Notes under the pieces: model-generated
Told to the model about the DNA's origin: nothing
The model's input: the letters and a program-made list of their open reading frames with translations, nothing else
The model's database searches: none
In this document: positions 8,568 to 15,523 of the stretch, piece after piece
Numbering within the stretch: the first letter of the stretch is position 1
How the letters are laid out: the number at the start of each line of letters is the position of its first letter
Origin: Kitasatospora aureofaciens
GTDB lineage: Bacteria > Actinomycetota > Actinomycetes > Streptomycetales > Streptomycetaceae
Direction: 5' to 3'
DNA: 24,000 nucleotides
Assembly (NCBI GenBank): GCA_000720845.1
Contig: JODU01000013.1
Span: 130,532 to 154,531, forward strand
Program-made: the position numbers and the translations under genes

Positions 8568-9194
8568 GTGTGCAACAACCTCCGGAAGCAACCCGTCCGG
8601 TGGTTCCGCGAGCACACTTGGGAGCCGGCCTTGCCGCACACGACCGACACGACCGGAGACCGGCCGGAGACCGTCACCGAAGAGGGCTGGGTCGAACTCG
8701 GCTCACGGGAGGAGCTGCGCGAGCTGCTGGGCGAACCCTGGCCCGTCGTCGTCGACAAGGTGCACGACCGGCTCACGGACGAGGACCGGGACATCCTGGC
8801 CCGCTCCCCCTTCTGCCTCCTGGCGACCTGTGACGCGGGCGGCAACTGCGACGTGTCGCCGCGCGGCGACACCCCCGGCTTCACCCACGTCCTGGACTCC
8901 AGGACGCTCGCCCTGCCGGACCGCCCGGGCAACCGGCGCGGGGACAGCTTCCACAACATCCTCGACAATCCGCACGCCGGCCTGCTGTACCTGATCCCCG
9001 GCGGCAAGCAGGTGCTCCGGGTCAACGGCCGGGCCCGCGTCCTCACCGAGGCGCCGTTCTTCGACGCGATGACATGGGACGGAAGGCGTCCGGACCTGGC
9101 GCTGCTCCTGGAGATCGACGAGATCTACCTCCACTGCCCGATGTCCCTGAACCGGGCGGGACTGTGGAAACTCCAGTCCTGGCAGACGAGTTGA
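8568..9194 (+). CDS. Pyridoxamine-5'-phosphate-oxidase-like (split-barrel, PPOX/FDOR superfamily) flavoprotein of unknown function (MSMEG_1061-like)
   Basis: The core SPFCLLATCDAGGNCDVSPRGDTPGFTHVLDSRTLALPDRPGNRRGDSFHNILDNPHAGLLYLIPGGKQVLRVNGRARV...IDEIYLHCPMSLNRAGLW fits the PPOX-type family pattern. The start is uncertain. GTG 8568 is possibly leaderless, and G/C third-position bias already begins there. TTG 8631 is preceded by GGGAG. Confidence 0.75.
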   Translation: MCNNLRKQPVRWFREHTWEPALPHTTDTTGDRPETVTEEGWVELGSREELRELLGEPWPVVVDKVHDRLTDEDRDILARSPFCLLATCDAGGNCDVSPRGDTPGFTHVLDSRTLALPDRPGNRRGDSFHNILDNPHAGLLYLIPGGKQVLRVNGRARVLTEAPFFDAMTWDGRRPDLALLLEIDEIYLHCPMSLNRAGLWKLQSWQTS

Positions 9195-9272
9195 GCCGTG
9201 CGGGCCGCCGGGGGGCGACGGACGGGGCAGCGGCCGCCAAGTCCGTGTGCCCCCCGCCTCTACCAGCAGTTA

Positions 9273-9291
9273 TTAGGTTAGGCTAACCTTC
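9273..9291. promoter_or_regulatory. DtxR/IdeR/DmdR-type iron box (operator) of the siderophore ABC operon
   Basis: TTAGGTTAGGCTAACCTTC is identical to the consensus TTAGGTTAGGCTAACCTAA at the first 17 of 19 positions. It ends 5 nt before the GTG 9297 start of the ATPase gene and contains a TANNNT-type hexamer TAACCT (9284..9289). Confidence 0.8.
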
Positions 9292-9296
9292 ACTGC

Positions 9297-10160
9297 GTGA
9301 GAACTGGTGAAGACGCAGCCGGCACCCCGCGCCTGCGCGGTCATGAGCTGTCGGCAACGGGCGTGACCGTCGCGTACGACGGTGTCGATGTCGTGCACGA
9401 CGCCGCGGTCAGGCTCAGGCCCGGCGAAGTGACCGTCCTGGTGGGCCCCAACGGCAGTGGGAAGTCGACGCTGCTGCGGACCGTCGCCCGGCTGCAGCGG
9501 GCCCGCAGTGCCGTGCTCAGCCTGGACGGCAGCACCGACGGACTGGCGCTGACGTCCCGTGAGTTCTCCCGGTACGTCGCCCTGCTGACGCAGGGTCGTC
9601 CCACGCCCGGCGGGCTGACCGTGCGGGACGTCGTCGAGTTCGGCCGCTATCCGTACCGGGGCCGCTGGGGGCGGCCCGACCCGGACGGCCCGGCCGCCGT
9701 CGACCGGGCGCTCGCGCTCACCGGCGTCGACGGCCTCGCCGACCGCGGCGCCGACCACCTCTCCGGCGGGCAGTTGCAGCGGGTGTGGCTCGCGAGCTGC
9801 CTCGCCCAGGAGACCGGCGTACTGCTCCTGGACGAACCCACGACCTATCTAGACCTGCGCTACCAGGTCGAACTCCTCGACCTCATACGCGACTTGGCGG
9901 ACGACCACGGCATCGCCGTCGGTGTCGTCCTGCACGACCTCGACCAGGCGGCAGCCGTCGCCGACCGGATCACGCTCCTGGAAGCGGGCCGGATCGTCGC
10001 CGACGGCACGCCCGAGGAGGTGCTGACACCGGAGCGGCTGACCGCCGTCTACGGCATCCGGATCGACGTCGACACCGACCCCCTGACCGGCCGGCTGCGC
10101 ACCCGCCCGATCGGCCGCCATCACATACGAACCCCCGAAAGGCTCGGCACCACCTCATGA
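9297..10160 (+). CDS. Iron-siderophore-type ABC transporter ATP-binding protein (FepC/FecE/FhuC-like)
   Basis: Walker A GPNGSGKST, ABC signature LSGGQLQRV, Walker B LLLDEPT and H-loop VLHDL. The N-terminus LRGHELSATGVTVAYDG is typical of this subfamily. GTG 9297 is the only in-frame start upstream of it. Confidence 0.9.
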   Translation: MRTGEDAAGTPRLRGHELSATGVTVAYDGVDVVHDAAVRLRPGEVTVLVGPNGSGKSTLLRTVARLQRARSAVLSLDGSTDGLALTSREFSRYVALLTQGRPTPGGLTVRDVVEFGRYPYRGRWGRPDPDGPAAVDRALALTGVDGLADRGADHLSGGQLQRVWLASCLAQETGVLLLDEPTTYLDLRYQVELLDLIRDLADDHGIAVGVVLHDLDQAAAVADRITLLEAGRIVADGTPEEVLTPERLTAVYGIRIDVDTDPLTGRLRTRPIGRHHIRTPERLGTTS

Positions 10161-11140
10161 GACGCCTCCTGCTCACCGCGGCCGTCACCACCGCCGCGGC
10201 GCTCACCCTCGCCGCCTGCGGCACCACCGAACCCGCCGCCGACAAGACGGAGAAGAAGGCCTCCGAGGCGATCACGCTCAAGGACGGCAAGGGCACCGAG
10301 GTGAAGCTCGACGGACCGGCCACCAAGGTCGTCGCCACCGAGTGGAACGTCGTCGAGAGCCTCGTCTCGCTGGGGGTCGACCCGGTCGGCGTCGCGGACG
10401 TCAAGGGGTACAACACCTGGGACAGCGCCGTTCCCCTCAAGAACGAGCCCAAGGACATCGGCACCCGCGGCGAGCCCAGCATGGACACCGTCGCCTCCCT
10501 CGCCCCCGACCTCATCGTCGCCACCACGGACCTCACCCCGGCGGCCGTGAAGCAGCTGCGCGAGGTCGCCCCGGTGATCGAGGTGAAGTCCGCCGACGGC
10601 ACCGGTCAGATCGACCGGATGCTGGAGAACGTCGACCTCATCGCCAAGGCCACCGGCACCTCGGACCGGGCCAGGTCGCTGCGCGAGGGCTTCGAGGCCA
10701 AGGTCGCCGCGGGCAAGAAGGCCCTGGCCGGCGCAGGGATGGCGGGCAAGGACTTCGCCTTCGCCGACGGCTACGTCGCCTCCAACCAGGTCTCGATCCG
10801 CCCGTACACCGCGACCTCGCTCATCGGCGAGGTCAACGAGGCGATCGGTCTGAAGAACGCCTGGACGGTGAAGGGCGACGAGGCCTACGGTCTCGGCACC
10901 ACCGACGTCGAGGGTCTGACCAAGCTGCCGAAGGACACCCAGTTCGCCTACATCGGCAACGACGACGACCCGAGCGCCACCCCGTTCAGCGGTGAGCTGG
11001 CCAAGAACCCGGTGTGGAAGTCCCTGCCGTTCGTGAAGGCCGGCGACGTGCACCGGCTCGACGACGGCGTCTGGATGTTCGGTGGTCCCGGGTCGATGGA
11101 GGCGTACATCGACTCCGTCGTCGGCGCCCTGACGAAGTAG
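10157..11140 (+). CDS. Siderophore-binding lipoprotein (type-8 periplasmic binding protein, FhuD/FepB-like)
   Basis: ATG 10157 overlaps the ATPase stop (ATGA). Signal peptide MRRLLLTAAVTTAAALTLAACG has a canonical lipobox. Body motifs VVATEWNVVESLVSLGVDPVGVAD and LAPDLIVATTDL are typical of iron-complex receptors. Confidence 0.9.
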   Translation: MRRLLLTAAVTTAAALTLAACGTTEPAADKTEKKASEAITLKDGKGTEVKLDGPATKVVATEWNVVESLVSLGVDPVGVADVKGYNTWDSAVPLKNEPKDIGTRGEPSMDTVASLAPDLIVATTDLTPAAVKQLREVAPVIEVKSADGTGQIDRMLENVDLIAKATGTSDRARSLREGFEAKVAAGKKALAGAGMAGKDFAFADGYVASNQVSIRPYTATSLIGEVNEAIGLKNAWTVKGDEAYGLGTTDVEGLTKLPKDTQFAYIGNDDDPSATPFSGELAKNPVWKSLPFVKAGDVHRLDDGVWMFGGPGSMEAYIDSVVGALTK

Positions 11141-11147
11141 CGGGGCC

Positions 11148-13229
11148 ATGGCCGTCACCGCAACCGAACCAGCGACCGATCCGGCGGCCCCTGCGTCGAC
11201 GGTCCCCACGTCCCGGTCGGGCGCGGCCGCGGTGACGGCCGGAATCGTCCTGCTGGTCGCCGTGCTCGCCGTCGTCGACATCACCCAGGGCACCGCCGCC
11301 GTCGGACCGTCCGAGGTCCTCAAGGCCCTGACCGGGCAGGCCGATCCGGGCGACGCGTCCGTCGTCGTCGCCTCCCGGCTGCCCCGGATGACCGCGGGGC
11401 TCCTGGTCGGCGCCGTCCTCGGCATGGCCGGCGCCGTGCTCCAGGCGGTCAGCCGCAACGTGCTCGCCTCCCCCGACACCCTCGCGGTGAACGCCGGTTC
11501 CTACCTGGCGCTGGGGCTGGCCGGCGCCACCGGCGTCTCGCTGCCGATGCTCGCCTCCTCCGGCATCGCCTTCGCGGGCGGCCTGGCGGCGGCCGCGGTC
11601 GTGCTCGGGCTGTCCGGCCTCGGCACGGGCACCGTCCGGCTGGTGCTGGCCGGCACCGCGCTGATGCTGGGCCTGAACTCCATGACGGAGGGCCTGCTGC
11701 TGCTCTTCCCGGAGCAGACCGAGGGCCTCTACCAGTGGAACCAGGGCAGCATCGGCCAGAACGGCTTCGACGGCGTCCTGCAGATGCTGCCGATCGCCCT
11801 GATCGGACTGGCCGGCCTGATGCTGACGGCCCGTCGGGTGGACGCGCTGGCCCTCGGCGAGGACGCCGCGCGCGGCCTCGGCGTTCCGGTCCGGGCCACC
11901 CGGGTCACGGTCGTCGTGCTCGCGGCGCTGCTGTCCGCCGCGGCGGTCACGCTCGCCGGGCCCATCGGCTTCGTCGGCCTGTGCGCACCGGCCCTGGTGC
12001 GCCCGCTCGCCCGCCGGTTCCGCGGCTTCACCCGCTCCCGTACGGCGATGCCCGCGGCGGCGCTCACCGGCGCGGCCCTGGTGCTGGGCTCGGACGTACT
12101 GCTGCGGGCCCTGGTCGCGGACGCCCGTGCGGTGTCCGTGCCGACGGGTGTGGTCACCAGTCTGGTCGGCGCCGTGTTCCTGGTCGCGATGGCGCTGCGG
12201 GTGCGGGACACCGCCGGGGCCGGGGCCCCGGACCGGCTGCGGACCCCCGGCCGGGGAGTCTTCCTGGCCACGCTCGCCGTCCTGGCCGTGGTCCTGGTGG
12301 GGCTCGTGATCGCCGCCGTGCTGGTGGGCGACAGCAAGCTGCTGCTCGGTGACGTGGTCAACTGGCTTCAGGGACGGGCCGGGCGGACCGTCTCCTTCGT
12401 CCTGGACACCCGGGTGCCCCGGGTGCTCGCGGCGCTGTGCGCGGGCGCGGCGCTCGCCCTGGCCGGCACGCTCGTGCAGGCCGTCACCCGCAACCCGCTC
12501 GCCGAACCGAACGTCCTCGGCGTGACCGGCGGCGGCGCGCTGGGCGCGGTGATCCTGGTGACCACCGTGCCCGCCGCCGGGACCTGGGGCGTGGCGGGGG
12601 CCGCGTTCGCGGGGTCCGCCGTCACCGCCGTCCTCGTCTTCGGGCTCGCCGCCCGCGACGGTTTCCGGCAGAACCGGCTGGTCCTCGTCGGCATCGGCGT
12701 GGCCTCCGGGACGGCGGCGCTGATCAGCCTGCTGATCGTGCTCACCGACCCGTTCAACGCCAACAAGGCGCTGACCTGGCTGTCGGGTTCGACCTACGGG
12801 CGGACCATGCCGGACGTCGTGCCGGTCGCGCTGGCCCTGGTCGTCGGCATCGGCGTCGCCGTCGCCCGGCGCACCGAGCTGGACCTGATCTCGCTGGACG
12901 AGGACACGCCGCGGCTGCTCGGCCTGCGGCTGGCTCCCGGGCGCCTCGGCTTCCTGGTGCTGAGCGTCGTCCTCAGCGCGACGGCCGTGGCCTGCGCGGG
13001 CACCATCGGCTTCGTCGGGCTGGTCGCCCCGCACGCGGCACGCGCCCTGGTGGGCCGTCGGCACGTGCGGGTGGTGCCGGTCGCGATCCTCCTCGGCGCC
13101 ACGCTCGTGTGCGCCGCCGACCTGCTCGGCCGCACGGTCATCGCCCCGGCCCAGCTCGGCGCGGGGCTGATGACGGCGGTGATCGGGACGCCGTACTTCC
13201 TGTATCTGCTGGTACGGAGCCGTCGCTAG
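11148..13229 (+). CDS. Fused double FecCD-type permease (FhuB-like) of the iron-siderophore ABC importer
   Basis: 693 aa with two tandem homologous halves. Repeated motifs: RNVLASPDTLAVNAGSYLA / RNPLAEPNVLGVTGGGALG and GPIGFVGLCAPALVRPL / GTIGFVGLVAPHAARAL. Highly hydrophobic throughout. Confidence 0.9.
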   Translation: MAVTATEPATDPAAPASTVPTSRSGAAAVTAGIVLLVAVLAVVDITQGTAAVGPSEVLKALTGQADPGDASVVVASRLPRMTAGLLVGAVLGMAGAVLQAVSRNVLASPDTLAVNAGSYLALGLAGATGVSLPMLASSGIAFAGGLAAAAVVLGLSGLGTGTVRLVLAGTALMLGLNSMTEGLLLLFPEQTEGLYQWNQGSIGQNGFDGVLQMLPIALIGLAGLMLTARRVDALALGEDAARGLGVPVRATRVTVVVLAALLSAAAVTLAGPIGFVGLCAPALVRPLARRFRGFTRSRTAMPAAALTGAALVLGSDVLLRALVADARAVSVPTGVVTSLVGAVFLVAMALRVRDTAGAGAPDRLRTPGRGVFLATLAVLAVVLVGLVIAAVLVGDSKLLLGDVVNWLQGRAGRTVSFVLDTRVPRVLAALCAGAALALAGTLVQAVTRNPLAEPNVLGVTGGGALGAVILVTTVPAAGTWGVAGAAFAGSAVTAVLVFGLAARDGFRQNRLVLVGIGVASGTAALISLLIVLTDPFNANKALTWLSGSTYGRTMPDVVPVALALVVGIGVAVARRTELDLISLDEDTPRLLGLRLAPGRLGFLVLSVVLSATAVACAGTIGFVGLVAPHAARALVGRRHVRVVPVAILLGATLVCAADLLGRTVIAPAQLGAGLMTAVIGTPYFLYLLVRSRR

Positions 13230-13250
13230 GCATCGCAGGGGGAAATCCGG

Positions 13251-13879
13251 GTGCCGGCGGGCCGGGTGCCCCCGTACGGTGCCGTCATGGACCGGCGCGC
13301 CGCGGACGGGGGCCACGCGGGCCTGCTGAACGTCATCGACCTCGAGGCCACGTGCTGGGACGGGCAGCCGCCGCCCGGCGAGGTGAGCGAGATCATCGAG
13401 ATCGGGCTCGCCGTGGTCGACCTCGACGCCGGGGAGCGGGTGGCCCGGCACCGGATCCTGGTGCGGCCCGCCCGCTCCCGCGTCAGCCCCTTCTGCACGG
13501 AGCTGACCGGCATCACCCGGGCCGAGACCGACCGGGGCGTGAGTCTCGCCCAGGCCTGCGACACGCTGGTGCGTGAACACGGCGCGGGCGTGCGGCCCTG
13601 GGCGAGCTGGGGCGACTACGACCGCAGGCAGTTGGTCCGCCAGTGCGCGGCCGACGGGGTGCCCTACCCCTTCGGCCGCCCGGCCGAGCGCGCGCACACC
13701 AACGCCAAGGCCGTCTTCGCCGAGGCCCACGGGCTGCGCCGACGCCCCGGCATGGCACGGGCGCTGGAGATCGCCCGCCCTTGGAGGGACGGCACCACCG
13801 GGGTGTGGACGACGCCTGGAACATCGCGGCGCTGGTGCTCCGGCTGGCCGACCGGGGCGACTGGCCCGGCTCTTGTTAG
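13251..13879 (+). pseudogene. DEDDh 3'-5' exonuclease (ERI-1/KapD-like), reading frame broken by a 1-nt frameshift near 13778-13780
   Basis: The N-terminal frame has Exo I NVIDLEATCW and runs to ...GMARALEIA (ending at 13775). The conserved C-terminus PLEGRHHRGVDDAWNIAALVLRLADRGDW (Exo III H-x4-D) is in the +2 frame (track ORF 13643..13879, stop 13877..13879). In the original frame the tail to 13955 loses G/C third-position bias (TTA, AAT, AGA codons). One extra C in the run 13778..13780 would restore a single ORF. Start is GTG 13251 (RBS GGGGGA) or ATG 13287. Confidence 0.65.
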
Positions 13880-14037
13880 ACGCGACGTCAAGTTACTGAA
13901 CCGTAATGAGTCAGGTGCTACCGCTGGTAACCCCTGCGCGGTTACGGTCCCGTAGCCCCCCAGGAGCAGCGCGACCACGGCCCTGACCCCAAGGGACCGC
14001 GGACGACCGGATCCGGCCCTTCCCCAGGAGGTTCGCC

Positions 14038-15375
14038 ATGCCCCCACGTCCCCGCATGCTCGCCGCGGCGATCGCCGCCGTCCTCGCCCTCGGTGCCCAG
14101 GCCGTCCCGGCCGCCGCGGCCGACGGCCCGGCCGGCGACTCGGCGCCCACCACGTCCCGCGGCGTCGAGATCCCCGCTTTCTACACCCCGCCGTCCGAAC
14201 TCCCCGGCGCCGACGGCGCGCTGATCCGCAGCGAGCCGCTCCCCCTGGCGCTGAGCCTGCCGGGCATCGGCGGACCGCTCCCCGGCCGGGCGACCCGCCT
14301 GATGTACAAGTCCACCGACGCGAACGGCGAGGCGGTCGCGGTGACCGGCGCCTACATCGAACCGGCCGTGAAGTGGCGCGGCGACGGGCCGCGCCCTCTG
14401 GTCGCCGTCGCGCCCGGCACCATGGGCCAGGGCGACCAGTGCGCCGCCTCGATGGCCCTGGAGCACCCGTTGCGGCTCAACGGCCAGACGGTCTCGGTCG
14501 GTTACGAGGACCTGTCGGTCTACCGGCTGCTGCTGCGCGGCGTCGCCGTCGTCGTCACCGACTACGTCGGCCTGGGCACCACCGACCGGCTGCACACCTA
14601 TGTCAACCGGGTCGACGGGGCCCACGCCGTGCTGGACGCCGTACGCGCCGCGCGCTCCCTCGACTCGGCGTCCGTCACCTCCGACTCGCGGGTGGGCCTG
14701 TTCGGGTACAGCCAGGGCGGTGGCGCCACGGCGGCCGCGGCCGAGCTCCAGCCCGCCTACGCCCCGGACGTCCGGTTGGCGGGCACCTACGCGGGAGCCC
14801 CGCCCGCCGACCTCACGGAGGTGACGGCGGCGATCGACGGCGGCGACCTCGCGGGCGCCCTGGGCTGGTCGCTCAACGGCTTCCTGCAGACCGAGCCCGC
14901 CCTGCGGCCCATCGCCGACCGGTACATCAACGAGGCGGGGCAGGAGGCCCTGAAGGACCTGTCGACCATGTGCGTGGGCGACGCGCTCTTCGGCTACGGC
15001 GGTGACAGCAGCACCGACTGGACGAAGACCGGGCAGTCCATCAGCGACGTCATCCGCGCCGAGCCCGTGCTGCAGAACTTCCTCGCCGAGCAGCGCATCG
15101 GCACGCTCAGGCCCGGCAGCCCGGTCCGTGTGGCCACGGGCGTCAGCGACGACCTGGTCCCGCACGGCCAGGCCCGCCGGCTGGCCGTCGACTGGTGCGC
15201 CAAGGGCGGGCAGGTGACCTACGTCCCCGTGCTGCTGCCGGGCGTGGGCAGCGGCCTGCTCAACCACTTCGCCCCGTTGCTCACCGATCAGGGCAACGCC
15301 ATCGCCTGGCTCACCGACCGGCTCTCCGGCGAGCCCGCCGGCTCCAACTGCCGGAGCATGCCCGTACAGCCCTGA
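14038..15375 (+). CDS. Secreted lipase, LIP (secretory lipase) alpha/beta-hydrolase family
   Basis: AGGAGG RBS upstream of ATG 14038. Sec signal peptide MPPRPRMLAAAIAAVLALGAQAVPAAAA. Family-like N-terminal FYTPPSELPGADGALIRSEPL and nucleophile elbow GYSQGG. Confidence 0.8.
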   Translation: MPPRPRMLAAAIAAVLALGAQAVPAAAADGPAGDSAPTTSRGVEIPAFYTPPSELPGADGALIRSEPLPLALSLPGIGGPLPGRATRLMYKSTDANGEAVAVTGAYIEPAVKWRGDGPRPLVAVAPGTMGQGDQCAASMALEHPLRLNGQTVSVGYEDLSVYRLLLRGVAVVVTDYVGLGTTDRLHTYVNRVDGAHAVLDAVRAARSLDSASVTSDSRVGLFGYSQGGGATAAAAELQPAYAPDVRLAGTYAGAPPADLTEVTAAIDGGDLAGALGWSLNGFLQTEPALRPIADRYINEAGQEALKDLSTMCVGDALFGYGGDSSTDWTKTGQSISDVIRAEPVLQNFLAEQRIGTLRPGSPVRVATGVSDDLVPHGQARRLAVDWCAKGGQVTYVPVLLPGVGSGLLNHFAPLLTDQGNAIAWLTDRLSGEPAGSNCRSMPVQP

Positions 15376-15523
15376 GCCGTGGCCCCGCTCCGTCTCCGGC
15401 ATGCGCCGATCCCGAGTTGCGGCACAGAATTCGCTCAGGCGAATCGTGGCGGAGCGACAGAGAGGCGGCGGCGTGGTGGACGCGAAGCCCGACGGCGGGT
15501 CCGGCCCTCCGCGCGGGGCGAAG

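Noticed and set aside
10986-13730. 914-aa minus-strand ORF antisense to the fused permease gene
   Set aside because: The translation is dominated by R/G/P/D/H with no domain signature. The opposite strand encodes a coherent duplicated FecCD permease in an operon with overlapping stop/start codons.
13900-13990. Possible 6C-type sRNA or a named riboswitch in the low-GC intergenic island
   Set aside because: There are C-rich stretches, but I cannot fold two convincing C-loop hairpins or match any family consensus from memory. It is kept only as an unnamed structural observation.
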